Positions 37,188-46,460 of a stretch of 64,000 bases of DNA are shown one piece after another. The translations under genes were made by a program, and so were the position numbers. The stretch comes from an uncultured virus (IMG/VR IMGVR_UViG_3300006752_004376) (Duplodnaviria > Heunggongvirae > Uroviricota > Caudoviricetes): IMG/VR virus record IMGVR_UViG_3300006752_004376. The stretch is one strand, 5' to 3'. Position 1 is the stretch's first letter; every line of letters begins with the position of its first letter. Under the pieces are notes generated by a model. That model ran no database searches. It was not told the DNA's origin and worked only from the letters and a program-made list of their open reading frames with translations.

Positions 37188-37711
37188 AATCAATTAAAAA
37201 ATTTATAAGAACAGTTCCCGACTATCCTGTAAAAGGTGTTAATTTTTATGACTTAAACAGTCTTTTTAGTAGCAATGTATGGGGCGATTGTGTACGACTA
37301 TTAGCAACACAATGTGAAGAAAAATTTGATGATGCATACATTACTCATATTGTAGGCATTGAAAGTAGAGGTTTTGTACTTGGTTCTGCGTTAGCACAAG
37401 AAATGTTACTACCTTTTACAATGGTTCGTAAAAAAGGTGCTAAATACCCAGGAGTACTATTAGAAGAAACTTACGAACTTGAATATGGAAGTGATACACT
37501 AACATTACAAGAAGGTATTTTAGGTCAAACTAGCAGAGTATTAATTGCAGATGACCTTATAGCAACCGGAGGTAGCATGTTAGCTACTAAGAGATTGGTC
37601 GAGAAAACAGGTGCCCAAGTCGTTGGCGCAGTAACAATTGTTAACTTAGAATATCTCAACGAGGGCCTCCAAGATTTAGGAATGGTCCAATTGTACGGAG
37701 CAAAAGAATGA
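37184..37711 (+). CDS. apt: Adenine phosphoribosyltransferase
   Basis: PDYP, GIESRGF, YELEYG, LIADDLIATGGS. Confidence 0.95.
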   Translation: MKSIKKFIRTVPDYPVKGVNFYDLNSLFSSNVWGDCVRLLATQCEEKFDDAYITHIVGIESRGFVLGSALAQEMLLPFTMVRKKGAKYPGVLLEETYELEYGSDTLTLQEGILGQTSRVLIADDLIATGGSMLATKRLVEKTGAQVVGAVTIVNLEYLNEGLQDLGMVQLYGAKE

Positions 37712-38091
37712 TTAAAATTACTAAAGAAGCATCTGAACATCTTAAAGGAATTGCTGAAGCAAATGATGGGAAAATTCCTGTACTTGGTATGCGTGGTGGT
37801 GGATGTGCAGGTTTTAGTTACGACTGGAAATTAAAAGAAGAATCAGAACTTGACACTAAATTAGATCATGTTATACTTATGGATAACGGGCAAAAGATGG
37901 CCGTTGATGCGTCAAGTATTATGTTTTTAGTAGGTACAACACTAGAACTAAAAAAAGACTTATTTGGAACTACATTAGAAATTGTTAATCCATCAGCTTC
38001 AAGTAGTTGTGGTTGTGGAGAGAGTATTAATTTTGACATGGATAAAGTAGAAGAAAACGCAAAAACATTTAAATTACCTGAAGTGGAATAA
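37708..38091 (+). CDS. A-type Fe-S carrier (IscA/SufA/HesB)
   Basis: GGGCAGFSY, CGCGES. Confidence 0.95.
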   Translation: MIKITKEASEHLKGIAEANDGKIPVLGMRGGGCAGFSYDWKLKEESELDTKLDHVILMDNGQKMAVDASSIMFLVGTTLELKKDLFGTTLEIVNPSASSSCGCGESINFDMDKVEENAKTFKLPEVE

Positions 38092-38094
38092 AAC

Positions 38095-38508
38095 ATGACT
38101 AATATAATTAACTTAAATGCGTACAAAGACTTTGTACAAGAAGTAACTAGTGACGCATCAAACGATGTTGACGTAATGCATAAGCAAATGAAAGACATCG
38201 AAGAAGAGACAGGCGTAAAAATGGCAACACTGTTAACTGGTGCAGTAGGCATTAGTGCAGAAGGTGGTGAGTTTATGGAAATTGTAAAGAAATGCATTTT
38301 TCAAGGAAAGCCAATGTCAGAAGAAACGCAATTTCATGCTAAACGAGAACTAGGAGATATCATGTGGTATTGGATTAATAGTTGTCGTGCATTAGGAATT
38401 GACCCAAACGAAGTTATTGCAGAAAATGTGCGTAAATTAGAAGCACGTTATCCTGGCGGATCATTTGATCCATATTATAGTGAGAACAGACAAAAAGGTG
38501 ATTTATGA
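38095..38508 (+). CDS. MazG-like NTP pyrophosphohydrolase
   Basis: EGGEFMEIVKK, ELGDIMWY, KLEARY. Confidence 0.9.
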   Translation: MTNIINLNAYKDFVQEVTSDASNDVDVMHKQMKDIEEETGVKMATLLTGAVGISAEGGEFMEIVKKCIFQGKPMSEETQFHAKRELGDIMWYWINSCRALGIDPNEVIAENVRKLEARYPGGSFDPYYSENRQKGDL

Positions 38509-38951
38509 TTGACCTAGTAATTGGTTCAGATCATAGAGGTTATGAATACAAAAATTATATCTCAGAATGGCTTACACCAATCGATGATACAAGATTTGAT
38601 ATTACAACATTTTTAGATTGCGGTCCATACGATAGCAAAAAAGTTGACTACCCTGCAATTGCACTTAATTTAGCCAGAGAAATATCAAGTAAAGTTTTTA
38701 ATAAAGGAATCCTAATTTGTGGATCAGGATTTGGTGTACAAATTTCAGCAAATAGAGTACCAGGTGTAAGAGCTGTAGTATGTAGAAATGTTCGTGATGC
38801 AGAGATGTCCAGAAGGCACAATGATGCAAACGTTTTATGTTTAGGTGCTGACTTTACTACCAAAGCTGATGCAAAAAAAATTATTGATAAATTTATGACA
38901 ACAGAATTTGAAGGTGGAAGACATCAAAAAAGAGTGGACATGATAAGATGA
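38505..38951 (+). CDS. rpiB: Ribose-5-phosphate isomerase B
   Basis: GSDHRG, ICGSG, RRHNDANVL, FEGGRH. Confidence 0.95.
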   Translation: MIDLVIGSDHRGYEYKNYISEWLTPIDDTRFDITTFLDCGPYDSKKVDYPAIALNLAREISSKVFNKGILICGSGFGVQISANRVPGVRAVVCRNVRDAEMSRRHNDANVLCLGADFTTKADAKKIIDKFMTTEFEGGRHQKRVDMIR

Positions 38952-39247
38952 TTGATTTCCAGGGTAAACCATTAGAACAATTAACACTAGAAGAAACTAT
39001 TGAGTTTGAAAAACAAATGCTTAAAAAGGTTTTAGCGGCTAGTAAAGCACAAATGAGTGGACCTATACTTGATCAAATTAATTTATTCATTGATTTAATC
39101 AGGGATCATAAGATGCAATTATCACAACAAGCATTAATTAAAAAAGATGAGAAAGACGATGGAGCAGTATTAGATTTAGGTGAATTAGATCTACCTCCAC
39201 CTGCAGAAACAATAGAAGAAATACTTGACTTTTATAAGAAAAAGTAA
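38948..39247 (+). CDS. Hypothetical protein
   Basis: ATGA overlap. Confidence 0.7.
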   Translation: MIDFQGKPLEQLTLEETIEFEKQMLKKVLAASKAQMSGPILDQINLFIDLIRDHKMQLSQQALIKKDEKDDGAVLDLGELDLPPPAETIEEILDFYKKK

Positions 39248-39253
39248 TATAAT
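39225..39253 (+). promoter_or_regulatory. sigma70-type promoter
   Basis: TTGACT-17-TATAAT. Confidence 0.7.
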
Positions 39254-39259
39254 AGTGGG

Positions 39260-39766
39260 ATGCATATGAATAAAAATAAGCAATATGTTATGACTGAACA
39301 GGATTTAGTACACGGTGTACTGACTGGTAAACGTATAGACTATGTAACAATGGATGATATAGAACCCATTAATACATACAATGAATGGTGTCAAACATTT
39401 GATTTAGATAGGTTAATTGAGGCTAGTTATTCAAATAACAGTGATACATATGTAGAAGATTGTTTACAAAAATGGAATATGCCGTCAGAATATTATGACA
39501 TAAATATCCATGAGTGGTTAATGAATCGTTGTACATCAGCACAACAACGTGATCGCGTATACAAAGAGCTTCTTGAATACGAGAAGCGAGGTATGATAAT
39601 AGTGCTGAAATTCCTGTTATACTTAGTTAATGTTTGCGAAGAAAATAACATTGTACTAGGTGTAGGGAGAGGCAGTAGCGTGGCCAGCTATTGTTTATAT
39701 TTGCTAGGTATACATCGTATAGATAGCATAAAATACGAACTTGATATCAAGGAGTTTTTAAAATGA
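39260..39766 (+). CDS. Stand-alone fragment of DNA polymerase III alpha (DnaE-like)
   Basis: GVGRGSSVASYCLYLLGIHRID..EFL. Confidence 0.85.
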   Translation: MHMNKNKQYVMTEQDLVHGVLTGKRIDYVTMDDIEPINTYNEWCQTFDLDRLIEASYSNNSDTYVEDCLQKWNMPSEYYDINIHEWLMNRCTSAQQRDRVYKELLEYEKRGMIIVLKFLLYLVNVCEENNIVLGVGRGSSVASYCLYLLGIHRIDSIKYELDIKEFLK

Positions 39767-40152
39767 AACGAATAAAAACAGCCAAAGGTCAAATCTTAGA
39801 TATGGCGGCTTTGGCAGCAAAACACGAAAAAACAAGAGCAGTAAGTAATCTGAACTTGAATGCACGTGGTGATATTATTGATAATAGAAATGAAGTTAAA
39901 GTTCCTAGAGAACAAATTTCAAAAGAGTATTATAAGAATAATGTTCCAGGTGCAGATACCAAAACAGTAAGTATCAAAGAAGATGAGAAAGTTGATACTG
40001 TTGTAAAAAACCCTGTAAATGAGAAAAAACAGGCAACTAAAAAAGAATCCAAAGTAACTGAAGTCAGTCGTAAAGCTCGTACAAGAGAAGATGGTACTCA
40101 ATATTATGAAGTTGAGTATAGTGACGGAAGTATGGAAGATATAGAAGCATAA
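39763..40152 (+). CDS. Hypothetical protein
   Basis: AAGGAG RBS. Confidence 0.75.
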   Translation: MKRIKTAKGQILDMAALAAKHEKTRAVSNLNLNARGDIIDNRNEVKVPREQISKEYYKNNVPGADTKTVSIKEDEKVDTVVKNPVNEKKQATKKESKVTEVSRKARTREDGTQYYEVEYSDGSMEDIEA

Positions 40153-40170
40153 CATTACTAAGGAAAGCAA

Positions 40171-40527
40171 ATGACTAGAACTATTAAAGCAATGAAAAAT
40201 AAAATCTTAGCAGAAATGATTGATAAACCTGGTAGAGAAACTACCACACAAGGTGGAATTATTATGACTGAAAAAGATGCTACAGAAGGTGCAGTTAGAC
40301 CACGTTGGTTTAAAGTCTACAGTGTAGGCGATGGTATTGACTGGTTAAATGTTGGAACTTATGTCCTTGTTGATCATGGACGATGGAGTAATGGTATGGA
40401 TGTAGGTAATGAAGAAAAACTTTATCTATTAGATAACAAAGATTGTTTAGCAACATCAGATGATAATCCAATGAATGATTCATCAATTGAAGTATATGCT
40501 CAATCAATTCCAAAACGTAGACCATAA
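40171..40527 (+). CDS. GroES-like co-chaperonin
   Basis: TTQGGIIM, VYSVGDG, VGTYVL. Confidence 0.8.
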   Translation: MTRTIKAMKNKILAEMIDKPGRETTTQGGIIMTEKDATEGAVRPRWFKVYSVGDGIDWLNVGTYVLVDHGRWSNGMDVGNEEKLYLLDNKDCLATSDDNPMNDSSIEVYAQSIPKRRP

Positions 40528-40550
40528 CATAAAAAAGGAAAATAAAATAA

Positions 40551-41192
40551 ATGAACATTGAAAAATTACACAAGGCAATTGGGGCAATGGGTGAAGCATT
40601 AGACGAACAAGGTGCTGCGGCACCAAAAGGTCCTCCAGGTCCACCAAAACAACCTGGACAAATGATGTGGGATGCAGGAGTCTATTATTTTGCAGATGCA
40701 TTTACGTACGAAACTACTAAACCAGTTGTACAATGGATCATTGAAAAGAACCTACTACCGGATAGCGAGAGACCAACCGAACTTACATTAATTATTAATA
40801 GCCCAGGTGGAAGTGTACATGCCGCATTTGGTATGATTGACACAATGAAAGGATCAGCTATTCCTATTAAGGCCGTAGGATTAGGAATGATTGCATCATG
40901 TGGTATTCTTGCGTTTATGGCAGGTGAAAAAGGCAAACGTATTTTAACAAGAAATACAAGTATTCTTTCTCATCAATATAGTTGGGGATCAGGTGGTAAA
41001 GAACATGAGCTATTTGCACGTGTTAAGGAGTTTGAATTATCAACTGAACGTATGATAGAACATTATAAAAAATGTACAGGATTAACGGAAAAGAAAATCA
41101 GAGAAATCTTATTGCCAGCACAAGATGTTTGGTTAAGTGCAGAAGAAGCCGTAAAGCACGGTATTGCAGATAAAATTGTAGATACATATTAA
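40551..41192 (+). CDS. clpP: ClpP-like protease
   Basis: INSPGGSV, IASCG (Ser), HQ, DVWLSAEEA..GIAD. Confidence 0.9.
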   Translation: MNIEKLHKAIGAMGEALDEQGAAAPKGPPGPPKQPGQMMWDAGVYYFADAFTYETTKPVVQWIIEKNLLPDSERPTELTLIINSPGGSVHAAFGMIDTMKGSAIPIKAVGLGMIASCGILAFMAGEKGKRILTRNTSILSHQYSWGSGGKEHELFARVKEFELSTERMIEHYKKCTGLTEKKIREILLPAQDVWLSAEEAVKHGIADKIVDTY

Positions 41193-41193
41193 C

Positions 41194-41577
41194 ATGAAAG
41201 AGTTTGTACAAAATATGCCTGTACAACTCTTGACACAATGGCGAACACCCACACCTAGTCCAAATGATGATTTTGCATTGATGGAAGATATTTCTAAAAA
41301 TGGAATGCAAGATCCAATTGTACTAGGTGTTGGCATATGGAGTCGTAAAGTCAGATTAGATACTGGCAATCATAGAATATATTTACTTCCTAGAATGGGC
41401 ATGACACACTTACCAGTAGTTGCAAGAGTATGGAATTATTGTTCATTTACAAATGGCAATGGCGATCATAGTTTTGATTGTCCTGAAATAACAGTAAAGA
41501 AGGAATGGTTAGAAAAAGAATACTATGCAAAACCAAGTGACGTTATAGATATTATGGCGTTATTACTTAAAATATAA
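41194..41577 (+). CDS. ParB/Srx-like domain protein
   Basis: ISKNGMQDPI..LDTGNHR. Confidence 0.7.
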   Translation: MKEFVQNMPVQLLTQWRTPTPSPNDDFALMEDISKNGMQDPIVLGVGIWSRKVRLDTGNHRIYLLPRMGMTHLPVVARVWNYCSFTNGNGDHSFDCPEITVKKEWLEKEYYAKPSDVIDIMALLLKI

Positions 41578-41606
41578 TTGACAAAACGTCTTTTCTGTTA
41601 TATTAT
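41578..41606 (+). promoter_or_regulatory. sigma70-type promoter with degenerate palindrome (AAAACGTCTT)
   Basis: TTGACA-17-TATTAT. Confidence 0.7.
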
Positions 41607-41645
41607 ATAGACAATGTAGACTAACTAACCAAGTTTGGGAATTTA

Positions 41646-42593
41646 ATGAAAATGAAAATTATAGCAGGTAATAGTAACATTGAAATGGCTCAGTTAATAG
41701 CTGAACATTGCTTTGCTACGTTGGTGCCAGCAGAAATTAAATCGTTTGCTGACGGCGAATCAAGTGTAGAATTTTTAGAAAACATACGTGGTGAAGATGT
41801 TTTTATAGTACAAAGTACAAGCACACCAGTTAATGACAACCTAATGGAATTAATGGTAATGATTGATGCCGCTAAACGTAGCAGTGCTAAACGTATTACC
41901 GCAGTTATTCCTTATTTTGGTTATGCAAGACAGGATCGTAAGAGTGCAAGCCGTACTCCTATTACTGCAAAACTTGTTGCAAACTTAATCACACAAGCAG
42001 GTGCAGATAGAATCTTAACAATGGATTTACATGCAGGACAAATACAAGGCTTCTTTGATATTCCTGTAGACGATTTAACAAGTAGAATTGCATTTGCTAA
42101 AGATATTAAACGTAATGTAGACGTTAATGCAGGTACTGTATTTGTTTCACCAGATGCTGGTGGTACAGTAAGAGCAAGAAAGTTCGCTGATATGTTTGGA
42201 GGTGATATCGCTATCGTAGATAAACGTAGACCTCGAGCAGGCGAAAGTGAAGTAATGGGTTTAATTGGTGAAGTTAAAGGTTGTCATGCTATTCTAGTAG
42301 ATGATATTATTGATAGCGGTGGAACATTATGTAATGCCGCACAAGCTATTATGGATGCAGGTGCTTTAAGTGTTAGGGCATATATTACACACGGTGTACT
42401 AACAGGTAAAGCATGCCATAAAGTAGAAGAAAGTGTCTTAGAAGAACTTGTAATCACTGACAGTATTAAATTTAAATGTCCTAATGATTGCAAAAAGACA
42501 AGAGCTGTAAGTGTTGCTAGTATGTTTGGTGAAGCTATTAGACGTGTAAGCAACGAAGAAAGTGTGAGTAGTTTGTTTGGGCAAAAAATATAA
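41646..42593 (+). CDS. prs: Ribose-phosphate pyrophosphokinase
   Basis: FADGE, YARQDRK, DLHAGQIQGFFD, VDDIIDSGGT. Confidence 0.97.
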   Translation: MKMKIIAGNSNIEMAQLIAEHCFATLVPAEIKSFADGESSVEFLENIRGEDVFIVQSTSTPVNDNLMELMVMIDAAKRSSAKRITAVIPYFGYARQDRKSASRTPITAKLVANLITQAGADRILTMDLHAGQIQGFFDIPVDDLTSRIAFAKDIKRNVDVNAGTVFVSPDAGGTVRARKFADMFGGDIAIVDKRRPRAGESEVMGLIGEVKGCHAILVDDIIDSGGTLCNAAQAIMDAGALSVRAYITHGVLTGKACHKVEESVLEELVITDSIKFKCPNDCKKTRAVSVASMFGEAIRRVSNEESVSSLFGQKI

Positions 42594-42803
42594 ATGAGTG
42601 GACAAAGAAGGTTTTTAAAAGTATGGGCTAGAACAGTTGGAATGCCAATAGGTCTTAATGACGAAGATAAACCTGAATTCCTACCTATTACTCAAACAGA
42701 TGTTAAGAAAGCATTAGCTTTTAGAACGTTCTGGATAATACTGCATGTATTAACTTGTTTGTTGATTATAGCAGGTAACGGAAGAACATTAGGATGGTGG
42801 TAA
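42594..42803 (+). CDS. Small membrane protein
   Basis: C-terminal TM segment. Confidence 0.7.
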   Translation: MSGQRRFLKVWARTVGMPIGLNDEDKPEFLPITQTDVKKALAFRTFWIILHVLTCLLIIAGNGRTLGWW

Positions 42804-42809
42804 ACATAT

Positions 42810-43091
42810 ATGAATTATATGCTTTTTATTGATATAGCTATTTCCATTGTAGTAATGCTATCGTGGTTTTTAGCAGTCATGGCTATTGCAAAAAGAACTA
42901 TAGGAAAAAAAGCCAAAGATTGGCAAATTTTTTCTATATTATTTATTGCAGGCCCGTTAGGTTGGGGAGTATTATTGTTAATAGCAGTTTTAGATCTAAC
43001 GGATAAAATATTCCCAAACGCGGTTAATCTTTTAAACCCAAAAGTCAAAGGAGAAGAAAATGGCAACAGGACGAAAAGGAAAAAGAGCTAG
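42810..43091 (+). CDS. Membrane protein
   Basis: Two hydrophobic segments. Confidence 0.65.
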   Translation: MNYMLFIDIAISIVVMLSWFLAVMAIAKRTIGKKAKDWQIFSILFIAGPLGWGVLLLIAVLDLTDKIFPNAVNLLNPKVKGEENGNRTKRKKS

Positions 43092-43281
43092 TAAATTAAT
43101 GGCTTTACATAAACACACAACACAAGAAGTTGACAGACGAGCTGAAATTGTTGAGGAAACTCATTATGTTGTTAAAATGTATAAAGGTAATGAACTAGTT
43201 GAAGAAAGACCAATTGTTGGTCATAGTAGACGTTATGCTGAAGACTGTGCTGAAAATTGGGAAAATGGTATTATTAAATAA
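43060..43281 (+). CDS. Hypothetical phage protein
   Basis: AAGGAG RBS; HSRRYAEDCAENW. Confidence 0.7.
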   Translation: MATGRKGKRASKLMALHKHTTQEVDRRAEIVEETHYVVKMYKGNELVEERPIVGHSRRYAEDCAENWENGIIK

Positions 43282-43282
43282 T

Positions 43283-43311
43283 TTGACTTATATATGGAAA
43301 TAGGGTATAAT
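43283..43311 (+). promoter_or_regulatory. sigma70-type promoter
   Basis: TTGACT-17-TATAAT. Confidence 0.75.
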
Positions 43312-43335
43312 ATAACATGAAATCGGAGATGATGA

Positions 43336-44268
43336 ATGGCTAAAGAATTATGGGTAGAGAAATACAGACCTGATAGTGTAGGTACTTATGTATTTCGTGA
43401 CGAAGCACAACGTAAACAAGTGCAAAACTGGATTGATGATGGTGGTATTCCACATTTGTTATTCAGTGGTAGTCCGGGTACAGGTAAAACTACATTAGCA
43501 AAAGTATTAATAAAAGAACTTAAAGTTGAAAATGCTGATGTGCTTTATATTAATGCCAGTAGGGATAATGGTGTTGAAATGATTCGTAAACGTATTAGTG
43601 CATTTAGTGAAACTATGCCTTGGGGAGATTTTAAAGTAATTTTACTTGACGAAGCAGATCATATTAGTCCAGAAGGACAAGCGGCATTACGTGGTGTTAT
43701 GGAACAATATCATGCTAGTGTACGTTTTATTTTAACATGTAATTATCCTAACATGATTATTCCTGCATTGCATAGTAGATGTCAAGGATTTCATATTGAA
43801 CAATTAGACCAAACAGAATTTACTGTAAGAGTAGGCGAAATATTAGCAGACAATGAAGTTAAGTTTGACCTTGATACATTAGATGCAATGGTTAGAGCTA
43901 ACTATCCAGATTTGCGTAAAACTATTAATACAGTGCAAATGAGTATTGTTGATAATAGTCTTATTTTACCAGAAGATGGTGGTAGTACTGCTGAATGGCG
44001 TATTAAAATGGTAGAGCTTTTTAAAGCTGGTAAAATACAAGATGCACGTAAACTTATTATTGGCAGTGCAAGAGCTGATGAGTACAATGAAATCTTTACA
44101 TGGCTTTACAAAAACTTAGATTTGTATACTAAAGATGATTTTACATATGATAGTTGTGTCCTAGCAATTAGAGAAGGTATGATTAAACATACCCAAGTAG
44201 CAGATCCAGAGATCAATCTAAGTGCTACTATGATAGAAATTGCAAGAACACTAAATGGCAATACCTAA
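43336..44268 (+). CDS. Clamp loader AAA+ subunit (T4 gp44/RFC-like)
   Basis: LWVEKYRP, GSPGTGKT, DEAD, SRC. Confidence 0.95.
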   Translation: MAKELWVEKYRPDSVGTYVFRDEAQRKQVQNWIDDGGIPHLLFSGSPGTGKTTLAKVLIKELKVENADVLYINASRDNGVEMIRKRISAFSETMPWGDFKVILLDEADHISPEGQAALRGVMEQYHASVRFILTCNYPNMIIPALHSRCQGFHIEQLDQTEFTVRVGEILADNEVKFDLDTLDAMVRANYPDLRKTINTVQMSIVDNSLILPEDGGSTAEWRIKMVELFKAGKIQDARKLIIGSARADEYNEIFTWLYKNLDLYTKDDFTYDSCVLAIREGMIKHTQVADPEINLSATMIEIARTLNGNT

Positions 44269-45181
44269 TTTACTACTCAATATAGACTATTTTGGTAATG
44301 TAGGTCAATCGAGTATATTTCAACATTTACTAACTTACTCTACAGACACAGGTATATTTCCAAAGCCAGCAACAGATCTAATAAACAATAACGGTTATAT
44401 TAAAAATAGAGAAACCAAAATAACACTTGGTGGAATACCCGATTTAGATCCAGATTTTAGAATATTTCATAGACAAGAAAACTACGCAGATCTTATTAAA
44501 ACTACATTAGAGAAGTTTGATGATATTGAGAATGAACCAATATTAGATTCAGACTTTAAGTTTTGTTTACCAGCAAGTGCTAAAATAGGTAATCTACTTG
44601 ATACTGATCAAACTATGTACTTCGTAAAGCAACCAAGAAGTTATTATATATTTGACAGTAATCTTAGAACAAGAAATTGGGAAATGTCTATGATAGATCC
44701 CCAATATTTTTTTAAATTTAAAAAAATATTTAACCTTCCTGATGCAAATTCACTAGAACATTTAATTAATATTTTAGGTGAAGAAATATCGCCTAAAAAT
44801 CCATCACTAGGTGTTGACTGGTTGCAAGATAAACCAGTAGCATTGATATCAAAAGCCAGAAACAAAGGTTTAGAATATGCTATAGAACAAGGAGAAGATG
44901 AGTTTAAGAAAGTGTTCTTAGACATTCCTGAATATGATGAGAAAGATTTATCATCTATTAAGCATATTACATTTGATATAGAAAATCTATTTTCTACTAC
45001 TAAAACTACCAGTACAGATTACTATAAATACATATGTGATACATTAAAAATTGCAAGTAATGACGTACTATTCAATGAATTATATGATAACTTGTTAATT
45101 AAAAATGATTACGAGAGACTGAAAACTCTTACTAAAAGCAATTACTTAACTAAGATATTATGTAATGAAAACGAAAATTAA
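44255..45181 (+). CDS. Hypothetical protein
   Basis: 308-aa ORF in operon. Confidence 0.7.
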   Translation: MAIPNLLLNIDYFGNVGQSSIFQHLLTYSTDTGIFPKPATDLINNNGYIKNRETKITLGGIPDLDPDFRIFHRQENYADLIKTTLEKFDDIENEPILDSDFKFCLPASAKIGNLLDTDQTMYFVKQPRSYYIFDSNLRTRNWEMSMIDPQYFFKFKKIFNLPDANSLEHLINILGEEISPKNPSLGVDWLQDKPVALISKARNKGLEYAIEQGEDEFKKVFLDIPEYDEKDLSSIKHITFDIENLFSTTKTTSTDYYKYICDTLKIASNDVLFNELYDNLLIKNDYERLKTLTKSNYLTKILCNENEN

Positions 45182-45410
45182 ACATGGACCAGAATATATA
45201 GGTCAATTAATATCTTACAAAGTGTCGGGACCTCTTGACAACGTAAAGCAAGTAGTAAAAGAATATCAACCAGTAAACATTATTTTTGTTGAGAACAGCA
45301 AAAATTTAAATCTAGAGGAATGTAGTGATACATTCGTTGAGGTATACTTATTGTTTAATGAGGAACAAGCTATGCTTTTACGTTTATCTTCAGTAATAGA
45401 TAAATATTAA
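45165..45410 (+). CDS. Hypothetical protein
   Basis: Overlapping ORF. Confidence 0.55.
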   Translation: MKTKIKHGPEYIGQLISYKVSGPLDNVKQVVKEYQPVNIIFVENSKNLNLEECSDTFVEVYLLFNEEQAMLLRLSSVIDKY

Positions 45411-45430
45411 TAAAGAGGGAATTTATTCCA

Positions 45431-45871
45431 ATGAATAGAAAATTTTTAATATGGTGGATGATTGCCGTAATGCAATCAATTGCACTAGGTATTGCTTTTT
45501 ATTTTGGAGCAGTACAATTTTTAATTGACAACGATGTTACAAGACTAAGTTTTGTAATTATTTTAATGTGGTTAGTAACTACTATTATTATAGGATATAG
45601 AAGTTTTAAAAACATTTCAGACTTTGACATGCCATGGTTTGTAGCAGAATCATGTATGACTGTAGGTATGGTAGGAACTGTTGTAGGTTTTATGCTGATG
45701 TTAGGCAGTAGCTTTGCAGAAATTGATCCAAGCAATATTGAAAGTATGAGACAAGTTATTATTGACATGGCATCAGGAATGAGTACTGCATTGCTAACAA
45801 CACTTTCTGGCTTAGTTGCAAGTTTATTTGTTAAAGTACAAGTAGTAATGCAAGAGCAAAAAAATGCCTAG
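45431..45871 (+). CDS. MotA/TolQ/ExbB proton channel family protein
   Basis: GMVGTVVGF and GMSTALLTTLSGL. Confidence 0.85.
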   Translation: MNRKFLIWWMIAVMQSIALGIAFYFGAVQFLIDNDVTRLSFVIILMWLVTTIIIGYRSFKNISDFDMPWFVAESCMTVGMVGTVVGFMLMLGSSFAEIDPSNIESMRQVIIDMASGMSTALLTTLSGLVASLFVKVQVVMQEQKNA

Positions 45872-46460
45872 GCGTCCCTCAAATAATTTATCATTTAATG
45901 ATCTGCTATTCAATATTCTTATTGGATTTGTATTACTATTTGTAATAGCTTTTTTATTAATTAATCCTATTACAAAAAAGTCTGATATTCCAGTTAAAGC
46001 AGAGTTTATTATTACTGTTGAATGGGATCCAGAAGCAGTAGATGATGTTGATTTATGGGTACAACTAGATAAAAATAAACCAGTAGGATTTAGCAATAGA
46101 GAAGATACTCCGTTACACCTAGACAGAGACGATTTAGGTACTACAAATGACTTAGTAGTAATTGACGGTGTTACTAAAACTTTAAAAACTAATAGAGAAT
46201 CAACAACTTTAAGAGGAATAGTTCCAGGCGATTATTTTGTGGCTGTACATGCATATTCAAAGAAAGCCGCACTAATACCTTATACGGTTACAGTACTAAA
46301 AGTTAATCCGTATAGACAAGTTTATAGTATATCAGGTACATTATATTCAAATAGAGAAATACAAAGATTACCAGCATTTACAGTTGATTCAAGAGGTAAT
46401 GTCACGTCAATATTTGAACACTTTAAAAGCATAGTACCATCAAAAGGAGCAGTACAATGA
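45864..46460 (+). CDS. ExbD/MotB-like single-pass partner with beta-rich periplasmic domain
   Basis: SFNDLLF TM Asp; EWD..DVDLWV. Confidence 0.65.
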   Translation: MPRRPSNNLSFNDLLFNILIGFVLLFVIAFLLINPITKKSDIPVKAEFIITVEWDPEAVDDVDLWVQLDKNKPVGFSNREDTPLHLDRDDLGTTNDLVVIDGVTKTLKTNRESTTLRGIVPGDYFVAVHAYSKKAALIPYTVTVLKVNPYRQVYSISGTLYSNREIQRLPAFTVDSRGNVTSIFEHFKSIVPSKGAVQ

